NCBI GenBank assembly: GCA_034667685.1
Contig: JAXDQU010000042.1
Coordinates: 1 to 62,636 of the forward strand
Direction of reading: 5' to 3'
DNA: 62,636 nucleotides
Origin: Thermoplasmata archaeon
GTDB taxonomy: Archaea; Thermoplasmatota; SW-10-69-26; JACQPN01; JAJPHT01
The notes below the pieces were generated by a model. The model did not search any database, was not told the origin of the DNA, and saw only the letters and a program-made list of their open reading frames with translations. A program made the translations under genes and the position numbers. Shown here one piece after another: positions 47,575 through 57,246 of this stretch (positions are counted from its first letter, which is position 1; every line of letters starts with the position of its first letter).

Positions 47575-47873
47575 GCGGGCCTCCAGCCTTTGCCGCAGCT
47601 GGCGCACCAGGCTTGTTCGTGGTGCATGTCGAAGAAGACGACGCGCTCGCCGCAGAATGAGCACGCCTGACGAGGGCGCATCATGACTTCGACCTTCAGC
47701 GCCGTGGCTGGCACGCGGCCCATCTGGCTCTTGTGGCAGTCGCCGCAGCGCCAGCGGGGTGGCGTCGAGCCGCGCTCGCGCGTTTTCTTCGCCACGCGCG
47801 CGATGAGCACGCCGCAGCTTTCGCATTGGGCTTGGTGCTCGTCGTAGGCGGGCGCGCGTGCCTCGTGGTTCAG
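47571..47873 (-). CDS. Double zinc-ribbon protein (probable CTG start)
   Basis: Four CxxC: CESC, CGDC, CSFC, CASC. Confidence 0.7.
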   Translation of the reverse strand: MNHEARAPAYDEHQAQCESCGVLIARVAKKTRERGSTPPRWRCGDCHKSQMGRVPATALKVEVMMRPRQACSFCGERVVFFDMHHEQAWCASCGKGWRPA

Positions 47874-49138
47874 GCGCCGGGGCGTGATTCTTCCTCCTCG
47901 GGGTCGCCTGCCACGAGGGTTCGTAGCCAGGCGGGGGGTTTCCAGCCCCAGATGGTCGCGAAGAGCTGCGGACTGCTGCGCAGGCAGAGCAGCATGTCCT
48001 CGATCTCGCCGGCCGCCGATTCGGTCTCGGCGATGCCCATACTCACGGCGAAGCGTCGAATGTAACGCTTCAAGTCCGTCCTGGTGGGACGGGCTTTGAG
48101 CATGAGGGCAGCGCGAAAGCCAGGCATCTCGAAGAGGCGCAGGACGCTGTTCTCGTTGAGACGCGAGCCGTGGAACATCGCGGCCTTGGAGCGCTCGAGG
48201 TTCTCCTTCTTGATGGGTTCGTAGGCGGCGTAGCACGCGGGGCTGCACCATTCCAGGTTCGCCACGCCCAGGGGAATCGGGCGCTTCGCGGTGCCCAAGC
48301 CGAGCCAGTAGAGGAAGAGGCCGCGTTGTTTTCCCTGCTGGCCGTCCTTGAGCTCGACGGGGCTCCAGGCGATTGCTTCGAGGACGCCCTGGCTCGTGGT
48401 GTGCTCGCGCAGGCTGGGGCTGGCGTAGTGGACGTCGATGCCCGTTCCGCGAAGCGTCTCTTCGAGGTTGGCGAGCATGTCCATCGCGTTCTTGGAGCCC
48501 TCGCCCACGAGGTGGAGCTGCTCGTCGAGCATCACCACGCCCCCGGCCTCTTGGCCTTTGAGTTTCTCGGGGACTTGGTGGATGTCGATGCCCAGGAAGC
48601 GCCGCAGGCCCTCCGTGCCCTCGTTGCGAATCGCGTCGCGGAAGGCGGGGTTGTGGCGCTCAGCGAAGCCCATCATGCAGGAGCTCTTGGAGAAGCCGGT
48701 GGGGCCGGTCCATTCGAGGACGATGTTGCCGCCGTACTTGCGTCTCTCGTCGACTTGCGCGTGGAGCAGGGGCGTGATGTCGGTGTCGAGGGCGAGGCGG
48801 AGGCGGATCGCGTCGTCGAGGAGGGGCTTGTCGCTGTAGATGCTGCACCGCTCGCGCAGGAAATACTCGAAGAGCGGTGGTGCTTGGTAGTCGCCGCGGT
48901 AGATGGCGTCGAGGATCTCGTCGCTGTTTTTGCGCAGGCCCTCGTGGATGCCGCGGTACTCGTCCTCCGTCTCCGCCTTTTGCAGGCGGCTGACGCGGTA
49001 GCTGACATCGGCGCGCTCGGGACGCCACCCCGGGATGAGGCTGGGGCAGTGCGGCGCGTGGGTCTCTAGGGGCACGAAGAGGGGCCGGCCGCATTCGGGA
49101 CACGCCGTGGGCGTGGGCGCGCTCGCGGTCTCGCTCAT
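47870..49138 (-). CDS. Zot/pI-like (FtsK-HerA superfamily) P-loop ATPase
   Basis: Walker A GPTGFSKS; Walker B VVMLDE; LRGTGIDVHYASP; N-terminal CPEC..H..HC. Confidence 0.78.
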   Translation of the reverse strand: MSETASAPTPTACPECGRPLFVPLETHAPHCPSLIPGWRPERADVSYRVSRLQKAETEDEYRGIHEGLRKNSDEILDAIYRGDYQAPPLFEYFLRERCSIYSDKPLLDDAIRLRLALDTDITPLLHAQVDERRKYGGNIVLEWTGPTGFSKSSCMMGFAERHNPAFRDAIRNEGTEGLRRFLGIDIHQVPEKLKGQEAGGVVMLDEQLHLVGEGSKNAMDMLANLEETLRGTGIDVHYASPSLREHTTSQGVLEAIAWSPVELKDGQQGKQRGLFLYWLGLGTAKRPIPLGVANLEWCSPACYAAYEPIKKENLERSKAAMFHGSRLNENSVLRLFEMPGFRAALMLKARPTRTDLKRYIRRFAVSMGIAETESAAGEIEDMLLCLRSSPQLFATIWGWKPPAWLRTLVAGDPEEEESRPGA

Positions 49139-49548
49139 GCGCTCACCTTGCCCGTCGCGATCGTCTCTTCGGTCGTGAGGTAGGTCTCGGTGCGGCAGTG
49201 CTTGTTACGGCAGATGGCGCGCGTGCCGCCTGGGCTGATGTCGCGCGCTCGGGCGGGTAGGCCGCAGGCAGGACAGCTCGGCGTCTGGACCTGGCGCCGC
49301 TCTGCATCCTTTTGGAGCCAATCGGCGGCGGCGCGCCCCGTCTCGGTGAGAAGGAGCAGGCCTGGCGTAGGCTCGGCAAGATGGTCGCCTCGGAGGAGCT
49401 CCTCGGCGGCGCGTTCTTCCTCGGCGTGACGGCAGGCGAGGTTCCAGGGCACGCGCGGCTCGCCGTGAGGCTCCTCGTTCTCTGCGACGCGCTGCAGGAC
49501 GAGGCGGTGCTTGGGGCCGAGGCTGGCCACCCAGGCAGGCAACGTCAT
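49135..49548 (-). CDS. wHTH + zinc-ribbon protein
   Basis: LLLTETGRAAA wing; CPAC..CRNKHC; ATGA overlaps on both sides. Confidence 0.68.
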   Translation of the reverse strand: MTLPAWVASLGPKHRLVLQRVAENEEPHGEPRVPWNLACRHAEEERAAEELLRGDHLAEPTPGLLLLTETGRAAADWLQKDAERRQVQTPSCPACGLPARARDISPGGTRAICRNKHCRTETYLTTEETIATGKVSA

Positions 49549-49964
49549 GGTCCTGCCCCCTGACGCGTGGCCGGCGCGGGCGCGCTTGGAGCCCAACTGT
49601 TCTTCTTGCTGTGCTTGCCCTGCTCGGGCAAGGGCATGATGCCCTTCTGGATCATCCAGCGCGAGTAGAGGGGCTTGTAGTAGCCCACGTAGGTGAGCGC
49701 GTTCATGCTGCCCCGAGCGAGCTTCGCGCGCACCACGAGGCCGATCTTGTACCACTCGATCCAGAAGCCGACCTCGTCGGCCACGACGCCGTGGAAGGTG
49801 CTGGTGAAGGCCTTCCAGGCTCGCAGGGGCGCGTCGGGGTCGGGGTCGCGCATGGCGGCGTCGACGGCCTCGAAGCTGCGCAGGATCATCGTGTGAGGCG
49901 AGAGCTTCGTGTTCTCGGTCGTCTCGATGATTTCCTCGCCGGGACGGGGCTCACGCCGATCCAT
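49545..49964 (-). CDS. Hypothetical soluble protein
   Basis: Overlaps both neighbours; plausible globular composition. Confidence 0.68.
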   Translation of the reverse strand: MDRREPRPGEEIIETTENTKLSPHTMILRSFEAVDAAMRDPDPDAPLRAWKAFTSTFHGVVADEVGFWIEWYKIGLVVRAKLARGSMNALTYVGYYKPLYSRWMIQKGIMPLPEQGKHSKKNSWAPSAPAPATRQGAGP

Positions 49965-51159
49965 TGGTCTCGCCTCCGGCTTCTTGGTCGAGTTGGCGCA
50001 GGACGCGCTCCTTCATGCCCGGCGGCATGGGCATGTTGAGGTCCGTCTCGTGGTCCCAGCTCGTGATCTGGCGCTCGTGGGCGAACTTCTTGCGCGCGAC
50101 CTCCGGGTTCATGGCGCTGCCGGGCAGGACGATGCCGATCTTGCGGACGGTGTCCTCCTCGACTTCGCGCAGGCGGAAGGTATCCACGACGGGCTGCGCG
50201 TCGTAGGCGCCCGATCCCGGCGCGATACGGCGTCGGAAGCGGGGGCCGTCGGGTTCGCGCTCGATGCGCTTCACCCGCAGAACGACTTGGCCCAAGGCGT
50301 ACGCGCGCGGGGCTTGCGGGAGCGGCACGTCGAGCGTGTCCATCCGCAAGAGGGGGAAGAGGCGGCCGTACGCCTTGTAGTAGAGCCGGACGTGCGTGGC
50401 CGCCCTCGCGGCTGGGAGCTCCGCCTCGCGCGTCTCGATCCGGGGACGCGGGTACGTGAGGCGCCAGAAGCGCTGCCACTCGATGCGGATCCGACGCGTG
50501 GTGCGGCGCGCAGAGGGCGGGGGCCCGGTTGCGACCTCTCTGCTCAAGGCGGGCGCGTCGGCCGTGACGTGGTCCACGAAGGCGCGCTTGTAGTAGAGGC
50601 GGCCGAGGCGTTCGGGCCGGCTGCCGGGATGATCCTCCGGGTCGAGGCGGAGCAGGTCCGGGAAGACGCTGCGGTAGTAGAGCCTGCGCAAGAGCCAGAG
50701 GGCGAAACCTGCGCCGATGCCTAGGACGAACGCGCCGGCGAGGATGAGCGTGCGGTCCTGCGGCTTGAGCACGAGGTTCCACCACGCCAAGAAGAAGTTC
50801 AGGCGCCGCGTCCACGTCGCGACCAGCGCGCTGCCATTCTGCGTCCACCAGAGGACCGCGTAGGCGACCAGGAGGGCGACAACGAGAAGACCCGCCTTCG
50901 CGGCGGGCTTCGCGTCGTCGCGCTCCAGTTCGATTCGCGTTGGCAGGCCGCGCCTGGCGCGACGCGCGCTCGACAAGACCAGGCGCGCGAGCACGAAGAT
51001 GGCAAGCCCGCCGAGAATCGTCCAGCCCCAGGGCCAGGTCGAAGCGTGCGAGGCCGCGATTGGCGCGGTCGCGTTGGCGGCGTGGTGGGCGGCGGCGATG
51101 CGCTGCGCGGCCAGGGCCGCCCGCTGCTGCGTGACGTTGATGAGGGTCGCGTTGGGCAT
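49951..51159 (-). CDS. 3-TM membrane protein with basic cytoplasmic domain
   Basis: TMs WGWTILGGLAIFVLA, LLVVALLVAYAVLWW, LILAGAFVLGIGAGFALW. Confidence 0.75.
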   Translation of the reverse strand: MPNATLINVTQQRAALAAQRIAAAHHAANATAPIAASHASTWPWGWTILGGLAIFVLARLVLSSARRARRGLPTRIELERDDAKPAAKAGLLVVALLVAYAVLWWTQNGSALVATWTRRLNFFLAWWNLVLKPQDRTLILAGAFVLGIGAGFALWLLRRLYYRSVFPDLLRLDPEDHPGSRPERLGRLYYKRAFVDHVTADAPALSREVATGPPPSARRTTRRIRIEWQRFWRLTYPRPRIETREAELPAARAATHVRLYYKAYGRLFPLLRMDTLDVPLPQAPRAYALGQVVLRVKRIEREPDGPRFRRRIAPGSGAYDAQPVVDTFRLREVEEDTVRKIGIVLPGSAMNPEVARKKFAHERQITSWDHETDLNMPMPPGMKERVLRQLDQEAGGETNGSA

Positions 51160-51164
51160 CGGGA

Positions 51165-51917
51165 TCAGGTGCTCCTGGGCGCGCCCGCCTCGGGGCTCGC
51201 ATCTTCCGCTGCTGCGGGGACGCTGAGCGTCTCGGTCTGCTCGTTCTCGCCCCGCGTCACCTCCTGACGGAGGTAGCTGCGGTCTTCGACGGCGTTGAGC
51301 GCGTCGAAGAACGCGACGGCGTTGTCGATGGCGCGAGCGTAGTAACGCTTCACGGCCTCGACGAACTCTTGCGCGCTGCCGACGGCGGCCGTCGTGGTCT
51401 TGGCCCATTCGCGTCGCTCGCGCGCGTCGTGCGCGTCGGGGATTGCGTACGAGAAGTCGCGCGCGTGCCAGACGCCAAGGGCGCGGACGTGGAGCTCGGG
51501 CCCGTCGTAAGCCGTGGGGACGTCCACCGGGTTGGCCCAGAGGGCTTCGACGCGTTGGAAGAGGCCAGGCTTGTACGTGATCCAGACGGCTTCGAGGTGC
51601 CGCGTGTGGCCCTTGTACTTGCCCAGCCGAACGGGGGGTTGGCTGGGGCTGCCGGTGGTCCAGACGGTTCGGATGCCGCGGGCCCGGTTGGTGCGGCAGG
51701 CGTGGATGACGTTCTTTCGCAAGCGCTCGAGGGCGTCGCGTTGGAGCCGCTTCTTCGCGTCCGCATGGCGGATGCTCAAGAAGATGAGCAGCAGGACGAA
51801 GCCGATCACGAGCAGCGCGATCCAGATCCAGTGGTCGCTCATCCAGGCCGTGGCCTTGTCGATGCCGCCGGTGATTCCGCTCGTGAGGCTGGGCTGGGAG
51901 GGGGGATCGTTTGCCAT
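51165..51917 (-). CDS. Single-TM protein with cytoplasmic domain
   Basis: HWIWIALLVIGFVLLLIFLSI followed by a basic domain. Confidence 0.8.
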   Translation of the reverse strand: MANDPPSQPSLTSGITGGIDKATAWMSDHWIWIALLVIGFVLLLIFLSIRHADAKKRLQRDALERLRKNVIHACRTNRARGIRTVWTTGSPSQPPVRLGKYKGHTRHLEAVWITYKPGLFQRVEALWANPVDVPTAYDGPELHVRALGVWHARDFSYAIPDAHDARERREWAKTTTAAVGSAQEFVEAVKRYYARAIDNAVAFFDALNAVEDRSYLRQEVTRGENEQTETLSVPAAAEDASPEAGAPRST

Positions 51918-51935
51918 GAGGAAGACCTCGGGTTG

Positions 51936-52793
51936 TTAGCTTACGCTACGGACGAGGATGATCCAACCAAGGATCATCGCCACGAGGGCGAAGAACGCCC
52001 AGACGATCCACGCCCACATTTGTGCGGGCGTGATGAACCAATCCTGATACTGGATGCCTCCGCCCGGCGCGCGAGCGCCCGGGCAGAGCGGGCCCGCGTG
52101 GCAGTCGTTGAACCGCGGGTCCTGCGCCGCGTCGGCCGTGGTCACGTTGATGGCGTAGTAGTAGTCGTGACGCGCACCGGTCGCGTCGTCGCGGATCGTG
52201 ACGTGGACGAGGTTGCGACCCACGCGGGGGAAGGCGTGTCCGAAGGCGGCGTAGCTCGCGCTGGCGGCGTCGATGGTGCCCTCGGGCGAGTACGAGATGG
52301 TGATGTTCGTCACGCGGTCCTCGGCGTCGATGACGATGAATCGGGTCCCGCCGGCCTGGACGTCGCTCGCGTCGAAGGCGATCTGCGCGTTGGGGACGAG
52401 GCTCGTGGTCCCGTTCTCCACGACGGTGACGCCGCCTCCGCTGCTCAAGACGAGCCAGAGGCCCTCTTGAGCGCAGGCGTCGATGGTGCCGTTCGTGGCG
52501 CCCCAGCAGATGTCGTACTCCATCACTTGGTCCACCGGCGGGCTGATGGTGACCGTCTCGCCCACGGGGGCCCAGTGATCGAGGTACGCCTCGCCTCGGG
52601 AGAACTCGGGGTAGTTTTCCACCGTGAAGAAGCCGCCCGAGACGCCCGCGCTCGCGGGGTCGAACGTGAACACGAAGGAGGCTTCGACCAGTTCGTACGA
52701 GAGGACGTCGTACACGCTCAACGCGCGCGCCGTGGGCGCACAGGGGCACGAGAGGACGAGGAGCGAGAGGACCAAGGCGCGCGGGAGCGTCAT
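51936..52793 (-). CDS. Secreted protein with C-terminal TM anchor
   Basis: Signal peptide MTLPRALVLSLLVL; WAWIVWAFFALVAMILGWIILV; ATGA overlap. Confidence 0.78.
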   Translation of the reverse strand: MTLPRALVLSLLVLSCPCAPTARALSVYDVLSYELVEASFVFTFDPASAGVSGGFFTVENYPEFSRGEAYLDHWAPVGETVTISPPVDQVMEYDICWGATNGTIDACAQEGLWLVLSSGGGVTVVENGTTSLVPNAQIAFDASDVQAGGTRFIVIDAEDRVTNITISYSPEGTIDAASASYAAFGHAFPRVGRNLVHVTIRDDATGARHDYYYAINVTTADAAQDPRFNDCHAGPLCPGARAPGGGIQYQDWFITPAQMWAWIVWAFFALVAMILGWIILVRSVS

Positions 52794-55135
52794 TCGGCGT
52801 TGCCTCCCTTCGTGTTGTTCTGTCGCAGGTAGCGGCCGCGGACGGCCTGGTAGTGCTTCTTCATCCAGGCGTCCCAGAAGGGCACGCTGATGCCGGTGAC
52901 GATGTTCTCGAAGGCGTTGAAATACGCCCGCGCTTTGGGGCTGAGGCTCACGACGTAGAGCCAGAGCCAGTTGAGGACCAGCAGGATCGTCTCGCGCACC
53001 AGCCAGACAGCGGTGAAGGTAACGGCCAGGACGAGGGCGAACTTCACCAGGGGCGCGATGAAGGTCAGGACCCACGCGACGAGGTCGAGGAGCGTGGCGA
53101 GGAGGCTGGCGAGGACGTCGATGCTCTTCTCGATGGTCTGGATGGTCTCGACGACGAAGTTGATCAAGCCGTCCCATCCGCCCGAGGCGTATTCGGCCAG
53201 CAGAGCACAGGCGACGCCGGCGGCGAGCTTGCCCAGTTCGCTGGGCGCGATGAACGTGCCCACGCACGCGGCCGTGGCGGCAGCGTGCGAGATCCCGTTG
53301 CCTAGGTCGCGCAGGGCTTCGGGAAGGGCGACCTTGAGCGGTTCGCCTTGCGCTCCCTTTGCTTCAAGAAGGTCGCCCACCACAGCGGTGGCGACGCCGA
53401 CTGCGGCGATGCCCGCGCCCGTGATGGCGATGGGGATGCCCAATGGACTTCCGATGATCGTGCTGGTGAGGCCCAGGCCAAAGAAGCCGAGGCCGGCTCC
53501 GAAGAGGACCATCGCCTCGCCGATGTTCTTGATGACGCGGCCCGTGGTGAAGGTCACGCTGTCGATGCTGTGGCTCGTGCCCGTGGAGCCGAGGCAGGCA
53601 CAGTGGAGCTCCGTGACGTAGGCCCAGAGGCCCGCGTGGTCCACGTGGATATCGTTCGCGCCGCCCCCGCTCGACGTGAGAATGGTGATGTGCGAGACGC
53701 CATTGGGCAGCGTGTCCTGCGTGGTGGGGTAGAGGGCGTAGCAGAGGTGCGCGTCGCCGCAGGGCGCCGAGGCGCCCGCCCAGTTGAGCCACAGGTCCAC
53801 CTTGTAGTAGTGCGCCTGAAACGGATTGGCGGGGCTCGATGTCGTCACGCTCACCGGATGGGGGCCGATGCTGCTCCAGGTCAGGTCGTTGCCCAGGGGA
53901 ATGTCCACGCTGAGCAGCCCCGTGACTTTGTGCGCCGTCACGGCGGTGCTGGACGCGGCCGTGTCGCCCACGGCCCGGTCGTCCCAGCTCGCGTAGGGCG
54001 TGACCTCGACGCGGATGTCCACCGGATCGCTCAGATTGAGGGGGATCTCGACGTGCGCCTCGTCCGCGTCCTGCGTGTGCGTGTACGCGCCGGCGCCCGC
54101 TTCGGCGACGTTATCGTGGGCCTCGGCGCGCACGTAAGGATCGGTGACGAAATTGTTGGTCAGGGCGTTCGAGGCGTAGGCGATGTCGATGGCGCCCCCG
54201 GCGGAGAGGCCGATGTAGAAGAGGGCGCTCCAGGCGGCCTCCATGCCCATCGTCGTGTTCGTCGTCTGATAGTTGAACACGCTCTCGCCCATCGTGTCCG
54301 GGAGGAAACGGAACGCGGTGAGTCCATCCATGCCGATGTCCTGGCCTTGCGCGATCCAGACGCGCGCCATGTTCGTGGCGCTGCCCGAGGCGAGCGTGAC
54401 CCACTCGTTGACGAAGTAGCGCTGCCCGCTGTGGAGCATCATTCCCAAGTGATAGTAGAGGCGGCCGTGGTCCACGAGCCCGTCGGAGGCCGGGTTCACG
54501 GTCACGCCGCTCACGCTGCCCACGCACGACGCGTCGCCGGTGGGACAGTAGCGGGCCGCCGCGACGACGTGGCCCGCCTCGTCCAGGATGTTGAGGTACG
54601 CGTGCCGGTACGTGGTGGGGTCCCACGCGATTGGGCTTCTCCAGTGGAGCTCGCTTGCGCCGTTCATGATGAGCTTGGGCTGGAGCAGGACGCTATAGTT
54701 GAGCATGTGGATCGAGGGCTCGGAGGCGCGGAAGACGCCTTGGTCCGTCGAGAAGTAGGGCTCGTCGAGCGTGCCCGCGGTGACGCTGACGTTGCCGCTG
54801 GCGTCGAGGATGGCCTCGTTCTCGAGGAGCGCGGCCATCTTGACGCCGGGTGGGACCTCGCGGCCGTCCGTCCACGTCTTGGGCCAGGTGAACGGGCTCA
54901 GGTTGGTGCGGACGCTGGGATCGGTGACGTTGAGCCCGCCAGGGTGGCCGTTCCAGGTCACGGGGATGTCCGTGACCTTGACGTCGTGGAGCAGGCAGTT
55001 GACGCCGCTGTAGCTTGAGTCGCCCGGGTCGGGCTCGTAGCCGTACTGCTGGCAGTTGCTCGCCGCGATGGCGGCCGGCAGGCCAAGACTCCCCAAGACG
55101 AGGGCGGTACTGAAGAAGAAGGCGAGGAGTTTCAC
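52790..55135 (-). CDS. 781-aa spike/entry-like protein
   Basis: Signal peptide, beta-rich ectodomain, Gly/Ala hydrophobic hairpin, amphipathic helices, C-terminal TM region. Confidence 0.78.
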   Translation of the reverse strand: MKLLAFFFSTALVLGSLGLPAAIAASNCQQYGYEPDPGDSSYSGVNCLLHDVKVTDIPVTWNGHPGGLNVTDPSVRTNLSPFTWPKTWTDGREVPPGVKMAALLENEAILDASGNVSVTAGTLDEPYFSTDQGVFRASEPSIHMLNYSVLLQPKLIMNGASELHWRSPIAWDPTTYRHAYLNILDEAGHVVAAARYCPTGDASCVGSVSGVTVNPASDGLVDHGRLYYHLGMMLHSGQRYFVNEWVTLASGSATNMARVWIAQGQDIGMDGLTAFRFLPDTMGESVFNYQTTNTTMGMEAAWSALFYIGLSAGGAIDIAYASNALTNNFVTDPYVRAEAHDNVAEAGAGAYTHTQDADEAHVEIPLNLSDPVDIRVEVTPYASWDDRAVGDTAASSTAVTAHKVTGLLSVDIPLGNDLTWSSIGPHPVSVTTSSPANPFQAHYYKVDLWLNWAGASAPCGDAHLCYALYPTTQDTLPNGVSHITILTSSGGGANDIHVDHAGLWAYVTELHCACLGSTGTSHSIDSVTFTTGRVIKNIGEAMVLFGAGLGFFGLGLTSTIIGSPLGIPIAITGAGIAAVGVATAVVGDLLEAKGAQGEPLKVALPEALRDLGNGISHAAATAACVGTFIAPSELGKLAAGVACALLAEYASGGWDGLINFVVETIQTIEKSIDVLASLLATLLDLVAWVLTFIAPLVKFALVLAVTFTAVWLVRETILLVLNWLWLYVVSLSPKARAYFNAFENIVTGISVPFWDAWMKKHYQAVRGRYLRQNNTKGGNAE

Positions 55136-55461
55136 GCGGCCTCGCCCTCCTTCGCGTCGCCGCGCGCTGGGTAGGCGCGCGGGCGGAGGTAGATCACGAC
55201 GCGTTCGGCGCCGAGGGTCTGTTGGAGCCAGGCGGACTCGTCAGGGTTGTCTTTCATCCAGCCCAGAATGTGGCCCACGTGGGTGGCCTCGTCCCGTTCG
55301 AGCTTGACGCGCGGCTTCTTGACGCCCAGGAGGTCGGCGGCGCGGTCCACGTCGAGGCGCAGCTCGTCCCCTTGTCGGATCAGGCCGCGTTGCACCGCGG
55401 TGTTGTACATCGCGGCGCGAAGGATGGGGCCCGTGATGTCGAGGTTTCCTGGGCGGGGCAT
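55132..55461 (-). CDS. Small soluble protein
   Basis: Coupled by GTGA overlaps (alternative GTG start at 55470). Confidence 0.65.
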   Translation of the reverse strand: MPRPGNLDITGPILRAAMYNTAVQRGLIRQGDELRLDVDRAADLLGVKKPRVKLERDEATHVGHILGWMKDNPDESAWLQQTLGAERVVIYLRPRAYPARGDAKEGEAA

Positions 55462-55466
55462 GTGGT

Positions 55467-55961
55467 TCACGCCCGCGGGGTCTGGACTGCGCGGGTGGCC
55501 CTGCGCTTCTCGACGATGGCGAAGGCCACCGCGAGGGCACCGCCGGCGAGGAAGGTGCCTGCGCTGAAGCCGCTCGCGCTGGCCACCTGCTCGATCCCGG
55601 GGCCGCTGAGGACGAGGCTGAAGTAGAGCATGCACGCGGCCATGCTGAAGTAGAGCGCCGCGATCATGCCCAACGCGCGCGCGGCCCGCGGCGTGGACGC
55701 CGGGGCGGCGCGCGCAGGAGGGCCGGCGGCCTCGGGCTTGCTCGTGGGGTTGAGGACGTGGCGCCAGAGGAGGGCCGCGTCGAGGCGCATGCGGCGCAGC
55801 GTGAAGAAGGCGCCCGCGAAGAAGGCCATCAGGAGCGCGAGGAGGAGGGCCACGCCATTGAGGGTGGCCGCGTGGAAGTGGTCGAGCAGCGCGCGCAGGA
55901 ATGCGAAGAGGGGCTCGATCATGGCGAGCCAAAGCTCCTGCATCCTGAGGATGATACTCAT
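55467..55961 (-). CDS. 3-TM membrane protein
   Basis: Three hydrophobic segments; GTGA overlap downstream. Confidence 0.7.
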   Translation of the reverse strand: MSIILRMQELWLAMIEPLFAFLRALLDHFHAATLNGVALLLALLMAFFAGAFFTLRRMRLDAALLWRHVLNPTSKPEAAGPPARAAPASTPRAARALGMIAALYFSMAACMLYFSLVLSGPGIEQVASASGFSAGTFLAGGALAVAFAIVEKRRATRAVQTPRA

Positions 55962-56007
55962 TTCGGTTTGAGAGGAGGGACGCGCTGGTCGAGCCGCTCG
56001 ACTCGTT

Positions 56008-57246
56008 CTACTTGCACAACTCGATGCCGATGGCGCAGAGGGCGGCGCAGACGAGCGCGAGCAGGATGATGAGGTCGAATCCGAGGCTCGCGTTCGAGAT
56101 GACCCCGCTGGCCAGGGCGTCTGCTGCGGGGACTCTGGGGCCCCCGCTCGTCGCGCCACCGATGGGCGGGTCGCCGTAGCAGTCCCAGCCGTTCGTGTCG
56201 TTTTTCCAGGCCACGTCGCAGGAGACCTCGACGAGCTGATCGTAGCTGATGACCCGGAAGTGCCACGTTTCGCCTTCTTGCACAGGGACGTCGGTGAGCG
56301 GGATCGTGTAGTTGCGCGTCGTCGCGTCGCAGAGGCGCGCGTCGGTGCTGCAGTTGTAGTAGTCGGGTACGAAGTCCCAGGTCGACCAGTCGTTCCACGT
56401 GAACCCGGTGGCGTTCCGGCTGCCGGTAATTTCCCAGCAGCACCATTCGTTGCTTGGCGTCTCAACGGTCCAGTTGATCCGGATCACGTCGCCGTCGCGG
56501 TAGGCGAGGACGTAGGTGACGTTGGGCGCGCGTCCGTAACCGTGAGCGTAAGGCCCCTCACAGCTGGGTTGCGGGATGGTGGCGGGGCTGCTTTCGCCTC
56601 CGTCGGTGCCCACGGCTTTGAGGCTGAACGTGTCGGTTCCGCAGTTCGTGTAGAACGCGCTCAGGGGCGTGGCGGGTTGGTATCCGGAGCCCTTGTCGAG
56701 ATAGTACGTCAGGCCGTCTTCTTGGCTCCATGTGAGGGCGACGTCTCGGGCGGCTGGGCTCACGTCGAAGATCGCGAAGTTCTGCGGAGCCTCAGGGATG
56801 GTGGGCGGGTGCGTGGCGGCGATGAGCACCGCGATGGTGTCGGATTCGTCGGTTCCGTCCCACCACTCGAAGTAGGCGGTGTCGATGCAGCTCTCCGTTG
56901 CTCGGTAATAGTAAGTGCGGTCGGTTTCGTTGTCGGGGACCGTCTCGACGGCGTGGTCTCCTGGCGGAGTCCAGTAGGCGTTGTGGTTGGGGTACGTGAA
57001 GCCCGGGTTGTCGAGGCTGGTCCACGTCAGGTTGTCGGTGCTGCGCTCGATGTGGAAGCTGGGAACGACGGTGCAAGTAGGATCCGCGTCGGTGAAGTTG
57101 AGGACGAGGTGGACGACGTTGCCGCTGGCGAGATAGCCAGTAATCGTTGGCGCGGGGGGCAGGCTGCAACACGTCGCCGTGGAGGTGGGCAGCAGGGTCG
57201 AGAGGACAAGGAGCCCGAGAATGATCACGAGAGTCTTGGGGTTCAT
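56008..57246 (-). CDS. FN3-repeat protein with coat-like C-terminal anchor (minor virion protein candidate 4)
   Basis: Signal peptide; TYYYRA, APQNF..LTW, WHFRVISY; ends IILLALVCAALCAIGIELCK. Confidence 0.8.
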   Translation of the reverse strand: MNPKTLVIILGLLVLSTLLPTSTATCCSLPPAPTITGYLASGNVVHLVLNFTDADPTCTVVPSFHIERSTDNLTWTSLDNPGFTYPNHNAYWTPPGDHAVETVPDNETDRTYYYRATESCIDTAYFEWWDGTDESDTIAVLIAATHPPTIPEAPQNFAIFDVSPAARDVALTWSQEDGLTYYLDKGSGYQPATPLSAFYTNCGTDTFSLKAVGTDGGESSPATIPQPSCEGPYAHGYGRAPNVTYVLAYRDGDVIRINWTVETPSNEWCCWEITGSRNATGFTWNDWSTWDFVPDYYNCSTDARLCDATTRNYTIPLTDVPVQEGETWHFRVISYDQLVEVSCDVAWKNDTNGWDCYGDPPIGGATSGGPRVPAADALASGVISNASLGFDLIILLALVCAALCAIGIELCK

